From a virus: a DNA stretch of 64,000 nt. The translations under genes were made by a program, and so were the position numbers. The notes below the pieces were generated by a model that had not been told where the DNA came from, ran no database searches, and worked only from the letters and a program-made list of their open reading frames with translations. Each line of letters opens with the position of its first letter. Position 1 is the first letter of the stretch. Where the stretch lies: IMG/VR virus record IMGVR_UViG_3300042261_000588, positions 1-64,000 of that record. The stretch is one strand, 5' to 3'. Positions 15,947 to 28,200 of this stretch are shown here, piece after piece.

Positions 15947-16186
15947 ATGAAGACGAACGGAGAAATACTAACTGGGTTGATGGATAAAGCCGTGGCTGAT
16001 GGTGAGATTCCGTATCAGTCTAATCGTGCTGCTGTTGTGGCTTTCGACATCAGAGAAGACCCTAAAGATGGACAGATTGAGTTGATGTCGATGTTTGAAG
16101 GTATCGATGTTTTCCTATCGGATTTAGAGCAAATCAGAGATGGCTTGGCAGTTGTTGCAAGGAAGGCTAGGTCCTATGTTCGATAG
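15947..16186 (+). CDS. hypothetical protein
   Basis: ORF track; follows promoter motif. Confidence 0.7.
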   Translation: MKTNGEILTGLMDKAVADGEIPYQSNRAAVVAFDIREDPKDGQIELMSMFEGIDVFLSDLEQIRDGLAVVARKARSYVR

Positions 16187-16460
16187 AACTGGAAAAGTAG
16201 GTCCTGCGTTCGTTAAGGTTGGAACGATAAGGGATATGAAAGCTGTTGCTGATAAACTCGGTATGGTTCGGGTAGCCATTCAGCAGATCAAGGAATCTGA
16301 AGAGGCGATGATGGATAAAGACATTAGCGACCGGGACTGGAGGGAGGCCGTTTTTCTGACCGTGAAGGCGGCTGAAAAGGGCAAAGATTGGTGTGAGGAT
16401 ACGATTGAGCTTTTGAATAAGATCAAGCGGAATTCAGAAGCCTATCTAAGGAGTTTGTAG
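16176..16460 (+). CDS. hypothetical helical protein
   Basis: RBS AAGGAAGG; overlaps the upstream stop. Confidence 0.7.
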   Translation: MFDRTGKVGPAFVKVGTIRDMKAVADKLGMVRVAIQQIKESEEAMMDKDISDRDWREAVFLTVKAAEKGKDWCEDTIELLNKIKRNSEAYLRSL

Positions 16461-17258
16461 ATGGCATTGGTGGATACAGCGACATTGATTGCAGTAGCAG
16501 ATCGAGCTGCCTATCAATATGGTCAGCTTCAGGATGCTTGTGCTGTTGTTCAGGCTGTAGGGAATGGGTATTACTTCGACCTAGTTTCCGTAACAGAAGA
16601 TGCAGATGTTGAAATTCCCTGTAACTCTGTTTATTATGATGTTGACCATGATCTTCAGGTTGATTTCATGGTCAAGAATGGGACGAGGCTCGCAGGCGTT
16701 ATAGGCGGAATGGAAGCCCACTTTAGTCGTGATAATGGATCAGGAGTGCCATTGCAGGTGGGTGGATGGGATGGGTATCTCACATCCAAGGACCAGCGGG
16801 TAAGCTATTACTTCGCCAAGTTATTTTTTGCAACACATGGGTTCTATATGTTGGCTAATAATGTCTTTTCGGAAAGCGAGGATCAATTTGCAAGATTGCA
16901 GGTTACAACTGGACCCGGCTTGACATACACAGACGGTGTGAATTATGGGACTGGTTCTGCGGCTAATCCGGCAAATGGGACATTCTATGCAGCAACTCAA
17001 TTAAAGGTGGTTGTGACGACAATGGGTGAGGCACAATTGGACGTGAGGCTGTCTGTGAAGGACCAAAACAATAATTTGACGACTATTGATGTGACGATAC
17101 CCGGTGGTTCACTGCCAGGGGCAGAAATATCAATTGGAACAACGACTGATCGGTTTCTTGACGTTACTGCAGCTATTTTCAATCCAGAAGGCTCTGCCGG
17201 GACTGTAGGAGATGATATAAAAGTGGTGAATCTTAAAGAGCGGCAGATTGCTCTTTAA
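16461..17258 (+). CDS. hypothetical virion protein
   Basis: RBS AAGGAG; structural-type composition. Confidence 0.75.
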   Translation: MALVDTATLIAVADRAAYQYGQLQDACAVVQAVGNGYYFDLVSVTEDADVEIPCNSVYYDVDHDLQVDFMVKNGTRLAGVIGGMEAHFSRDNGSGVPLQVGGWDGYLTSKDQRVSYYFAKLFFATHGFYMLANNVFSESEDQFARLQVTTGPGLTYTDGVNYGTGSAANPANGTFYAATQLKVVVTTMGEAQLDVRLSVKDQNNNLTTIDVTIPGGSLPGAEISIGTTTDRFLDVTAAIFNPEGSAGTVGDDIKVVNLKERQIAL

Positions 17259-17360
17259 ACTGTCATTTATTTTTTATATTTTCATCTATGTATAGAGTGG
17301 TAGGAGTTAGGCTGGAAAGAAAAGAGTTTTTACTAAAGAGGGAAGAAGGAGGATAGCTAT

Positions 17361-18467
17361 ATGGGTATGGGATATCAAGGATTTGTAAAATTTTACAGGA
17401 CTGGTCCGTCGTCAGACCCAATCGTTGTGTTGGCAACCAGTGCAACTGTCAATCTTGTTCTGGAGCCGATCACCTCACAGGCTGTGTGGGGTGCTGGCTG
17501 GTATAATGCAGCCGAAGCTCACTATGCAGATAATGCCGTTCGTTATGAAGGCAATATCGATCTAGAGCTTCAGATGGGTGCATCCGGTGGGTTCTGGAAC
17601 TTCTTGCATCAATTCATTGTGACGGCAAGAGCATATCCTCGATCACTGGAAATCAGTCCTGACGGGTCACATGTATACAAGTACCTGACAACTGGCACTT
17701 ATAATACGAACTATGATACGCAGGGTGCGTGGTGCCGTTCTGCGAACTTCTCCACATCAGAAGGTTCGTTTGTGACATGTTCTCTCGGTGTCGTGTCCAT
17801 TTTCAGGACGGAGAAAGACCCTATAGGTGGAACGAACTATTCAGCATTCAGTTACATTAAGCAGGTCAAGGGCGTGATTGCTTCGGACTGTTCGGTGTTG
17901 GCGTTGACGAATCCGTTGAATCCGTCGGGTAATAACGTTAATCCGATCCCATACTGGCGGACGAATGCCCAGTTGGGTGTTGGAACGTATCCTGGTCCGT
18001 TTGGAACGGTGACGTTGCCTCAAGCTGGAACGGAGACTGTGGATTGGAGTATTGATATTACCAACAACGAGAAGATTCTGTATACCTGCTCTGGCAGTCG
18101 TCTACCTCGTGCAGTGTTGATGGGTCCGATGGCTGTTAGCGGAAATGTGACGCTCTATCATCCGAATGGCGTGTTCGATCCGATTCTTGGTCCCGCAGGA
18201 ACTGGAACTTTGACTTCGCCATATGCCAGGGCAGAGAATACGTGGTTCCAAGTTGCGATCAATTATGGAACTGAAAATGTCAATACCTATATCGAGCTTC
18301 CGGCGGTGGTTATCGAGTCGGATGATTACAGCATACAGGGTGCGGAGAACATCACGAATCGTGCATTCGCGCTCAAGGGAATGGGTGGTCGTTGCAGTAG
18401 TATTACGACAACTTTGCCTCCTTGCATCATCTCTGACTATGCTGGTACGTTGCCGCCACCTCCCTGA
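17361..18467 (+). CDS. putative major tail tube protein (paralog 1)
   Basis: Strong RBS AGGAGG; tube-like beta motifs YEGNIDLE, DWSIDITNN, VSGNVTLY; upstream of chaperones and tape measure. Confidence 0.6.
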   Translation: MGMGYQGFVKFYRTGPSSDPIVVLATSATVNLVLEPITSQAVWGAGWYNAAEAHYADNAVRYEGNIDLELQMGASGGFWNFLHQFIVTARAYPRSLEISPDGSHVYKYLTTGTYNTNYDTQGAWCRSANFSTSEGSFVTCSLGVVSIFRTEKDPIGGTNYSAFSYIKQVKGVIASDCSVLALTNPLNPSGNNVNPIPYWRTNAQLGVGTYPGPFGTVTLPQAGTETVDWSIDITNNEKILYTCSGSRLPRAVLMGPMAVSGNVTLYHPNGVFDPILGPAGTGTLTSPYARAENTWFQVAINYGTENVNTYIELPAVVIESDDYSIQGAENITNRAFALKGMGGRCSSITTTLPPCIISDYAGTLPPPP

Positions 18468-18530
18468 TCAGTGATTAGATCAGTGGGTTAAGATGGTTGG
18501 TGTTCCCTTACGAAAAGTTGGGATGAATCG

Positions 18531-19415
18531 ATGCTAGGCTACGAGGGATATGTAAAGATTGGTAGTGTTTACGCTCTCGGGACAGGAACATCTGTTCCGA
18601 GGGCACGCACTCGGATAGACTCTCAGGGAGCTTATGGTGGTCAGCAAAAAACACCTGTAGCTAGTATTGGAATAGGAGCGCCGAGAGTTTATGGATGGCC
18701 GACATTCGATGGGTCAATCAATTTCGAGATAACCAAGGACATCTTTGCCGTTCTAAAGGCTTGGATTTATGACCGTGATGGTCAAAAAGATATACTGTTC
18801 TCTACGAGGAAGGATAATGAGCAGAAGTATGTTGATACGTTTTGGAATTCGATTTCGATTTCGGCACCTGAAGGTGGATTGTTAGATGGTTCATTAGGTT
18901 TTGTGGCGATTGATCAGGATACTTATGCCTATGGGACTCAGGGGATGCAGGGGTATACTGAAAACGAAGCAGGAGAAGGGTTGTTGTGTCCATTAGCGAC
19001 GGGAATGCCACCTCCGTTGAATGCGAGTGGAAATAATTGCAATCCAATTCCTTTCTGGAATTCAAAGGTTTTGTTTGGTACAGATGCACTTGACTTGCTT
19101 TCATGGAGTTTGGATTTCTCACAGGATGTGGTGAAGTTTCAGGCGTGTAATTATACAATTGGACCACAGGCACCAGCATATGTCGGTGTTGGTCCGATGA
19201 CAGTTTCATTAAGCGTGGCGTGGATGTGGATTACGAGCAACGCACCAGCTACTTATCCGGGAGATAGTGTGGCTGCTGCGACGGTGCAAATTGCTGATAC
19301 AAGTATTGGGTTGAAGAAGTTGGAGTTGCAAACCAGTTCGGATGACGTTCAATCTTCGGACTCGACAACTCCGGTTCAATTGGAGTATGCTGTTTATGAG
19401 CTAGATTCTCCATAA
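18531..19415 (+). CDS. tail tube-like protein (paralog 2)
   Basis: GYEGYVK, FDGSINFE, PIPFWNS, SWSLDFSQD, GPMTVS match paralog 1. Confidence 0.6.
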   Translation: MLGYEGYVKIGSVYALGTGTSVPRARTRIDSQGAYGGQQKTPVASIGIGAPRVYGWPTFDGSINFEITKDIFAVLKAWIYDRDGQKDILFSTRKDNEQKYVDTFWNSISISAPEGGLLDGSLGFVAIDQDTYAYGTQGMQGYTENEAGEGLLCPLATGMPPPLNASGNNCNPIPFWNSKVLFGTDALDLLSWSLDFSQDVVKFQACNYTIGPQAPAYVGVGPMTVSLSVAWMWITSNAPATYPGDSVAAATVQIADTSIGLKKLELQTSSDDVQSSDSTTPVQLEYAVYELDSP

Positions 19416-19549
19416 AGCGGAACTTAGGTTTTAACGAGTGGAAGCTCGGTATTATGATGAAATTACGATGTCAGATGAGGGCAGATGCACAGGCATCAAA
19501 TTGATGCCTTATTGTGTACTGCTCTTCTTTGTTTTCTAGGAGATAGATC

Positions 19550-20014
19550 ATGGCAATCGTGCAAGCAAAATCGCAAGAGCCTCGTGTTGATGAGAGGCTG
19601 ATGAAGCCGGGAAAGTTTGAGATCACTAATGATACGACTTTCACCGTGTGGATTCATGTCAAGGAGAGAGATGGCCGGTGGATTATTATGAGTGGTCCGG
19701 CCAAGGGCGTTGAATCCAACAATGTTGTTTTCCGCATGTGGACTTATGAAGAGATGATTGAGATGCGGAAGATGGCGACGACATACGATTCTCAGAAGCG
19801 GATTCATATGATTGACAACGATGCGTTGAACAGATTGAAGATACAGAGGCTCATGGTGTCATGGACGTTTGACAAGGACAATCCAAGGTTGAAGATTCAG
19901 CATGTAAACGGGGTGATGACGGATGAGGGATGGAATGCTTTTATCAGACTTCAACCGAATATCGGTTCTTACGTCATTGATGAGATGAACAAAGTTTATG
20001 AATTCAACGGCTGA
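19550..20014 (+). CDS. putative tail assembly chaperone (paralog 1)
   Basis: FRMWTYEEM...LMVSWT; position. Confidence 0.5.
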   Translation: MAIVQAKSQEPRVDERLMKPGKFEITNDTTFTVWIHVKERDGRWIIMSGPAKGVESNNVVFRMWTYEEMIEMRKMATTYDSQKRIHMIDNDALNRLKIQRLMVSWTFDKDNPRLKIQHVNGVMTDEGWNAFIRLQPNIGSYVIDEMNKVYEFNG

Positions 20015-20753
20015 AAATGCTGCTCGCCAGAAATGTGCGGAGTTGTTTGATCCTGAACGTGTTACGGTTCGGGTTAAGACTTCACGCCGTTTTGGATTCT
20101 GTTTGCCGGACAAGGACGGAGACGAAGAGCATACTGCTATTTTTGCAACAATGACGTTTGGCGACAATTATGCCATCGATCAGGCGACTTTATACGAGGT
20201 AGAAGTAGGAGAGCAATTAGGAAGTGGGAAGAAGATCACAACTCAAGTGTCTGATATTAATGAGTTCAAGAGGTTGATTGTCAAAAAGAATCTCTTGTCG
20301 TGGAGCTTGGACATTCCGATAGAGCGGGATCAATCAGGGTGGATGACATCGGATAGTTACTCTCGTGTATCCAGTGTTCCAGCACCGCTTCTTGAGGCTT
20401 TTGTAAGTGGTTTTGAGGAATCCATGGAAGTGTCTAACGAAGAAGAAGAGAAGATTTCAAGACAGTGTGCGATATTATTTTCTAAGTCAGGACATGGAGT
20501 AACGGACGCTTGTGAGGCAATAAGTCGTTTCTGCACTCTGGGTAACTTCTCTGAGAAGTTTGGAATCAATAGGGATTCGCTGCCAAAGATGCCTTACAAG
20601 GAGTTCCTGTTGTTGAAGATTGTGATCGCAAAGGAAAGCGATGCCTTGAGAGCTCAACAGCCAAAGAGTCATAGCGGAGCAGTGGGACAAAATGGAAGAT
20701 CGAGACCGAGTCGTAGTGTGAGGATACCGCTTCCAGGATCGGGTGGTGCATAA
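19998..20753 (+). CDS. putative tail assembly chaperone (paralog 2)
   Basis: FATMTFGD...LLSWS; C-terminal SLPKMPYKEF resembles chaperone tails. Confidence 0.5.
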   Translation: MNSTAENAARQKCAELFDPERVTVRVKTSRRFGFCLPDKDGDEEHTAIFATMTFGDNYAIDQATLYEVEVGEQLGSGKKITTQVSDINEFKRLIVKKNLLSWSLDIPIERDQSGWMTSDSYSRVSSVPAPLLEAFVSGFEESMEVSNEEEEKISRQCAILFSKSGHGVTDACEAISRFCTLGNFSEKFGINRDSLPKMPYKEFLLLKIVIAKESDALRAQQPKSHSGAVGQNGRSRPSRSVRIPLPGSGGA

Positions 20754-21541
20754 TGGTTCCAACAAAGAAAAGATTGGGTTATGGTGGATCGGCAACTGTT
20801 GATGGTCATCAGGTGTTGATTACATCTGGATCATTTTCAGAAGCCACATCAATCTCATACTTGAATATGATTTCAACCCCACCTAGTTCTGCAATGGCAG
20901 GGAGGGTAAAACATGCTGATGGAACGAGGGAATACACAGGATCATTGGCATTTGACATATACGATGATACCATGAGTTTGTTCGTTACTCCGGCGGGGCT
21001 ATTAGAACGATATTATTCATTTGATGTGGGTATTCACGATGGAGAGCAGAACTGGAAGATGAAGGGTTGTAAATTGACTTCATTGATCATATCAGGTGCG
21101 GCAGACGGATTATTGAATGCCCAATTGTCATTTATTGCGAAGGCAGGAGAAGCTATTGAGTCAGTCACAAATGCGTTTATAAGGGATACTGCGATTCCTT
21201 TTGGGTATTGGTATTCCGGAACAGGAACATCAGACGATATTGTGAATTGGAGTCTCACTATGAATCAGGAGGCTCAACTGATTTATAAGAACGAGAATTT
21301 AGTTGATCCAGCTTACATCAAGGTTGGATTGGTGAATTATGTTTTATCGGTAACATCATACAAGGCTTTGACTGCGCCAGCGACGATTAATATCGCAACA
21401 AAAAGTTTCACGTTGACAGGAGAGACAACGGGAAGGGGGTTCGCCTATGGCGGACTCACAAACCTCGGAACGTATAATTATACGTTCGAGACAAGTTCAA
21501 ACACAAACTCAAACTCTCTCGTGATTGCGGTTTCACCGTAA
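20753..21541 (+). CDS. tail tube-like protein (paralog 3)
   Basis: LGYGG, YTGSLAFD, FGYWYS, NWSLTMNQE. Confidence 0.55.
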   Translation: MVPTKKRLGYGGSATVDGHQVLITSGSFSEATSISYLNMISTPPSSAMAGRVKHADGTREYTGSLAFDIYDDTMSLFVTPAGLLERYYSFDVGIHDGEQNWKMKGCKLTSLIISGAADGLLNAQLSFIAKAGEAIESVTNAFIRDTAIPFGYWYSGTGTSDDIVNWSLTMNQEAQLIYKNENLVDPAYIKVGLVNYVLSVTSYKALTAPATINIATKSFTLTGETTGRGFAYGGLTNLGTYNYTFETSSNTNSNSLVIAVSP

Positions 21542-21565
21542 ATTACGATTGGGAGAAAGGGAAAT

Positions 21566-22204
21566 ATGAATACAGAAGCAGCAGCAGTTGAGAATGAAGC
21601 AGTTGAGACTCAGCCAGTTGAGGGACAAACTCAGAATATTGCCGTCAGAGCAGACCCGGATGAGGAGAAGCGTAGTGGGGTAATGGAATTGGCTCAGAAT
21701 CCAGAGGCGATTGCTGCCGAGACGGTAAAAGTCGTGAAGGAGAAGCCGGCTGCTAAGCCGTCGTTCTTCATCAAGAAGGCCGCTCGACATATTATCAAGC
21801 TGGATGTTTTGACGAGCAAGGAGGATGGTCGGGTTCTCAGCGTGTCAAAAACTGGATTGGGAATTGACTTCATAAAAGACTTCCCGTTCATGGTCCATAC
21901 CGAACTTACATTCGAGTTCTCGGTGCCTAATTATGAGGACATGAGCACATACAGGCAGCGTAGTTCTGTTTATCGCCGTGAAGCTCAACAGGTGATCGTT
22001 GACAAACTTCAGCTTCGGAACTTCATGTTGGTATGGCATCTGAAAGATTGGAATCTGACGGATGAGAATGGCAGTAAGGTTGATCTGATACTTGATCCAA
22101 ATGGATCGTTGTCAGAAGAATCTCTGGCTATGGTTTATGCAATATCGCCAACGCTTTTGGATGTCGTAATGACAATTTTTGAGAAGGAAGTGCTTCTCAG
22201 CTAA
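21566..22204 (+). CDS. putative tail assembly chaperone (paralog 3)
   Basis: FSVPNYEDM...LKDWNLTDENG; immediately before the tape measure. Confidence 0.55.
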   Translation: MNTEAAAVENEAVETQPVEGQTQNIAVRADPDEEKRSGVMELAQNPEAIAAETVKVVKEKPAAKPSFFIKKAARHIIKLDVLTSKEDGRVLSVSKTGLGIDFIKDFPFMVHTELTFEFSVPNYEDMSTYRQRSSVYRREAQQVIVDKLQLRNFMLVWHLKDWNLTDENGSKVDLILDPNGSLSEESLAMVYAISPTLLDVVMTIFEKEVLLS

Positions 22205-22221
22205 GTTGGTAGGAGGCAACA

Positions 22222-25200
22222 ATGCCCTTTAACACAGAAGACCTTGCCGATAAATTCGGATCAAGTGCTGAGGATATTCGGAAGAATCTCGATGGACTGA
22301 TCGAGAAAGCCGAAGACGCCGATAAGGCATTTGAGAGCCTGACTAAGCGGCAGGAATATGCCGTCAAGATTCAGGACAAGTTCGCAACGGCTATGACAGC
22401 ATCGTCGAAGTCGATGCTGTCATTTGGGCGTTCAGGAAATACGGCGGTAAGGGGCTTGAAGGCTGTGGGTGCGATCTCAAAGACAGTGGCATCGTCCTTG
22501 GGGTCCATCGGTGTAGGGGCTGGTGCTGCCGCTGGCGGATTCAAGGCATTATCATCTGAGGCGTCTTCCTTCACTTCTGACTTATCAAGAACAGAGAAAA
22601 GCGTTGCCGGATTTATTTCAAGCATCGGAGGGTTGGAGAAAAAGTTAAAGGGTATCAAGTCTGCCTCTATTCCAGTTGAAATGGTAGTTGGAAGTCTTTC
22701 GGCATTGGATGATATTGAGAAGAGGCTCAAGGCATTGTCAAAGAATGTGAAGGTTAAGATATCAACTGTTTCAGCAGGTGCGGCAAGTCAGCCTTCACCA
22801 AGTGTGGCACCGGCATCTGCTGGAGTAACTCAAAAGGCGGCTAAGGCGGCTAAGGCGGCTGCGGATAAACAGCAGGCATTACAACAACAGAGGTATGCCC
22901 TAGAAAGAGAATTAGAAAAAAAGTCTTCGTATAGCAATCCAGGATCGGATGAAATTCAGACTGCTAAAAAGAAAAACCAGGAGATTGGAAAGGCGGCAGA
23001 GTCTGCCAAGTATCGACAAGTTTCTGAATTCGTAAAAGGAATGGATGATGCTGCTGAGGCTGCATTCCTGTTAGATAAAAAGATAATGGGACTGGATAAG
23101 GCTGTTGAAAAACTCATTTCTAACAATCAAGAATTAGGACAAGAAGTCGTTCTCGCAATGGATAAAGCTGGGGAAGCTGTTGAGGAATTGTATTCCCCGT
23201 TGAATCAACTTCGGGAAAAGGGCGAGATGACTGTCAAGTCATTCAAGGATTTATTCAAAAAGGATATAGCCGGTGGTGCAGTCAAAGAATTGGAAGATTT
23301 TGCCGGTGGTGCCGGTAAGAGTGCAACAGGGATGACTGCTGCTGGTTTGGCTGTAGCTTATCTAACAACTAAGGTAGGTGATTTAGCTAGAAAGTTTGCA
23401 GATGCGGCTGTTGGATTGGCTAAGTATAAGACAGAGACGGCAGCTCTTGAACGTACGATCATTGGGATAAGCAAAGGTGGGTTGGATCAGATGCGTAAGC
23501 AACTTGATCTGACAAGAGCGGAAGCAGCGGGATTTTTTGAAGTTGTCAAGAAGGGTGCCAATGAGCTTGGTATGACTCAAGACAAGATCATGGAAGTTGC
23601 CAAGGCTTTGTCAGACACTTTTGGTGGAACACAGACGGAAAGACTTAAGCAGTATATTGATCTATTGGAGTCTATACCAACGATTGAGTCTGATCTCAAA
23701 GTGACGGCAAACATGGACGATCAAGCAGCGGCCATTTTTGCATTGGCTGAAGCAGGCAAGATGGAAGTGGTCATGGACCTTCAGGGGGCTGGACTTCTGG
23801 GTGGTCAGAAGGAGAAGAAGCCTGGTGCTGATATGGCGAATGCAGCGGCCAAGACGGCACGTGTGACAGAAGAAATTAACGATTTCCTACTGAACAAGTT
23901 GTTTCCGACTTTCGGACAGTATTTATCGGAGATTGTGTCTGGGCTCACACAAGTTGTTGCAGTAGCAGCAGCTACATTTTCGGCGTTTACTGCACTTGCT
24001 TTCCTCACTCGGGCTGCGACGGTATCCAATGTTACGACTCGGTGGGAAGCAACGAAGGTACTAGTTACAGCCATTGCGGCATCCGGAGGACTTGGAGGAG
24101 GTGGTAAGCTACCACGATTGCCGGGCGGAGGTGGATTTTGGAAAAACATGTTTGGTCCACTTGTCAAAATGTCCAAACCATTGTTGAAACTCGCGAAGGG
24201 ACTCAGTGTCGTCTCTATCGCGACACTTGCGGCGGAATATGGTTTCGGGAAACTTGAAGATCAACTGAATAAGACTGGAAATTCTTTCGGAGCAGCCGGA
24301 GCCAGTATTGGCAAGAGTGCCGCATCAATCGCAGGGTTTGCAGCAACAGGATTTATGATTGGTGCGGCATTTGGGGGTGTATTAGCTCCGATTGGTGCCG
24401 TAGCTGGGGCTCTGATTGGATTAGCTCTCGAATTTGATAATCTTAGCGAATCTGTTCCTACGCTTATAGAACGTTTTACTAAGGGTCCAAGGACGCCATG
24501 GGGCGAGGCGATAGCCAGAGATACAAATGAAAATATTTCAGCACATCAACAATCAAATAAGAAGTTGATGAAGTCTGGATTGGAATTGCAACGGACATTC
24601 AAGAAAATTGAAGCTGCGGCAAACAGTGATAAAAACAAGTTCTATGAAATGCAGAAGGAATTGGCTGGTTTGAAGATTGGAAATCTTAAGGACATCGGCG
24701 GAACTGCAGAAGGATTCAATTCCGCTGTTCAGGGGATGAGGGATGCGACTCGTAAACAATATGAGATGCAACTTGTAGATTTTAAAAAGCAGCGTGATGA
24801 GATCATGTCGAATGGAAAGCTCGACGCAGATGCAAGAGCCGCAGCCTTACAGAGATTGAATAAATATGAGTTGACGGCTACCAAGAATCTCGTTGATGGG
24901 CTGAATCAGGCTGTTGAGGCTTTGTTTAATACGCCGGGGATCATTCAGGCTGGATTGAAAAAGGAGATGGCCGGGAAGATGTTGGATTTTGCCGATATGG
25001 GAGGTATGTCTGGAGAGGAAATGAAAAAACTTCAGAAAGAACAGGAAAAAGAGAGACGAAATCAATCTAAGGGTGTCATCGAAGCTGCAACCAGCTCTGT
25101 TGTAGATATTGCCGCTATGTTTGAGGTGTTAAAAGAGAAAAAGAAGCAGGCTGAAGACGATATTTCCAGAACAGTAGAGGCTGCAAAAGGTTTGAGAAAC

Positions 25201-28200
25201 AATCCTTCTGAAGAGGAAAAGACGGCTGAAGACAATCTAAGGTCAGCAAGAAACGAAAGGGAATATGTACAAAAACAATATGAGGCATCTGGTGGATTTG
25301 TGAGTGGGGCTCAAAAAAAAGAAGCTGAGCTTGCCGAGATAAAGGCTAAGAATGAGTATGATCGTCTTCGTGAAAGGCGGATGCTGAAGGTTAAAATTGG
25401 AGGAAGGCTTTTTCGAAGCCAGAGGGATACGAAAGAAAGCAAGTCTGCTCTTGATGAAAATAAGACAGATCTGGAGACAACATCGAGTGCTATAGAAGCA
25501 GCTCAAAAAACCGTTACTGATAATATGGGAGTGAATACAGCATTAATGGCAAAGGAACTTGATGAAGCTCGAAAGAATGCGTTGAATAGGTTGAAGGTTG
25601 CTAAAGATAATGAGCGTGATGCGGTTAAAGATGGAAAAGGTCTAAAGATTGATCCTGCAAAAAAAGAATTGGAAGCCGCTCAAGGTGAAGTGGATGAAAT
25701 TAATGAACAGATGGATGAATTGAGGAAAAGCTTGTCTGCTAAAATTAGTAGTATGGATAAAACTCTAACTCAGAAGGAAATTGCCAGGATGGTCAATATT
25801 ATGACGGACTCAGAAGTCTCATTGGAAGATATGAATGAGGAACTTCTCCGGCATGCTGATTTTTGGAGTAAATATGAAGATGGAGTAAAAAAGAATACTG
25901 AGGCTATGGGGCAATTAGATGTGTTAAAAGAGCAGAAGGATTTACTTCAGAAGGAAAGAGCTCAATTAGAAGCCGTTGTTTCTTCTGAGAATGGAATCAA
26001 TGCGGCGCAGGAGACGATAAATAATTCCGTTAAACGTATCAATGATTTGACCCGAGAAGAAATAGAGTTTCAGAATTCAAAACTAACCGTTCTTGATGAG
26101 GAGATGAGGAACGCTCAAAGAAATGCAGATCAGTATGGTCGGATTGCCAAGGAGGAAGGTTTAGTTGGGGATGGAATCAAGGCTCAAAGTGATGCTGTTA
26201 AAGCACAGGTGGCTCTGGTCAGGGAGGGGGTCTCACATTATGAGGAGTTGGCGAAATCATTCGAAGATGGAAGTAAGGCATTAGAGGCATCTCTGCCAGA
26301 TTTAGTGAGAACCCGTAAAAAAGCACAGGAAGAATTAAATGCGCTTCCTGCTAATGCGAGTCAAGAAGATAGGCTTTCAAAACAGGGTGCTCTGGATGTC
26401 GCCAGAGCACGAGAAAATGACGCTCGGTCTCAAATTTCGAATCAGAAAAGGTTGGCTATTGAGGCTAGACAGTCAGCACTAGAATTGGAGGAGTCGCTCG
26501 GTAAGGCAGGAGATGGGATTAAAAATGCTCTTGATTCGTTTAATGCATCTTTGACTGGAATTCGTTTGAAAAATTTTGAAGACTATGCTGCTGTATTGGC
26601 AAATACGGCGGAGTATTATGGAGATGTGTCAGAAGCGGCAACAAAGAGTTTTGAAATAGTCAAGGCCACAGCAGAGGAAAGATATGCATTAGAAAGGCAA
26701 GCAATATCTGAAGGTCTAGAAGCAGATAGAGAGAAAAATATCGAGAAATTGTCTAGATACATGGGGAGTGAAGACGTTGCTGGTAAATCAGAAGAAGAAA
26801 AACAGGCATTGAAGGAGAAAAAGAAGGCTGATTTAGAAGCAGCGACACTATCTAAGTATCAATTGGATTTAGCCACAGTAGAACTCAATCGAATGAAGGA
26901 AGTTGTTGAGGGTGCAAAGAGGTCTGCTGATCTTAGATCATCCGAGGTTGATATTCAACAGGGATTGGTTGATGATGCCGCTTCATTCGCTTCTGAATTC
27001 GGTGGATCGTTTGCATCAATCCATGCTCTGCAACAGATGAATGTAGGATTGGCTCAGCAACAACTTGATATTGCTAAGCAATTCAGAGATCGGGTTCAGG
27101 AGACATATGAAGCTGCTGCCGGTGATGCTGAAAGGCAGGCTGCGGCTGGAATGGCATTGATGAAGGCAAATGCCGACGTGGCAACCAAGACCCTATCGTT
27201 GCGTCGTAAAGAACTGGGTGTCCAGAAGGACATCATGGATCGGTTATTGGGAAGAGTCTTTGGTGAGTTGAATGCCAACTTCGGAGCAAGAAGAGGCATG
27301 GGCTCCGATGTGGGCATCATGGGTGTCAAGGCAACTCGCATGAAGTCGGCTGCTGGTATCTATGTCAATGACGTTCCGGGTGGTAAGCCTGGAACCATAG
27401 CTGAACGTCAGGCAAAGAGGATGACTGGTGGTTTCACAGGTGGTGTATGGGGAGAAGGAGTTGGCACAGGTGGACCTCTGGATGAGTTGGCTAAACAGGG
27501 TGGTCCGATGGCTGAGGTAGCCAAGGCTCTTAGCAAGGGTCCTACGAGAGAGCAACAGGATGTCTTGGCTAACGCCATGTCTGGCACAGAGGCTAATACG
27601 GCGGGCATCCTTGCCGCTGTTACTGGTAGACCCTTAGGAGGAACAGGGGGCGGTCGTGCTGCCACAGCAACAGGCGCCGGTGGAGCTGTCACAGCAACAG
27701 GGGGTCGTGCCGCCACAGCAGCAACAGGGGGTAGTGCTGTCAAAACAGGGGGTAGTGCTGCCACAGCAGCAACAGGGGGTAGTGCTGTCAAAACAGGGGG
27801 TAGTGCTGCCACAGCTAAGACGGTGAATAATCAGACTAGTGTGGCAAAAGGTTTGAATCAGGCTACTGGTAGTGCGGCATCTAAATTCAAAGGACTGTCA
27901 GGAAATTACAATATCAGTAAGATGGCAGGATTGAAGACGGGAATCAGGGAGATGGGAGGATTGAAGACGGGAATCAGGGAGATGGGAGGATTGAAGACGG
28001 GAATCAGGGAGATGAGAGGATGGAAGACGGGAGGCTTGGATACTGGTGGATTCCGTCTGCGTGGAACAAAGGCGTCTAGCTTGGTTCCCCTTCGAACACG
28101 CAAGGCTACTGGTGGTATCCAGACACAAGGCGGTGGGTCGAAGGGAAGAAGTGTGTCGAGTGTCGGTTTGTCAACTTCGTCGAGGAATTCGGAACTGGCA

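Noticed and set aside
27921-28032. Possible CRISPR array
   Set aside because: The 30-bp units are contiguous with no spacers and lie in frame within the tape measure gene.
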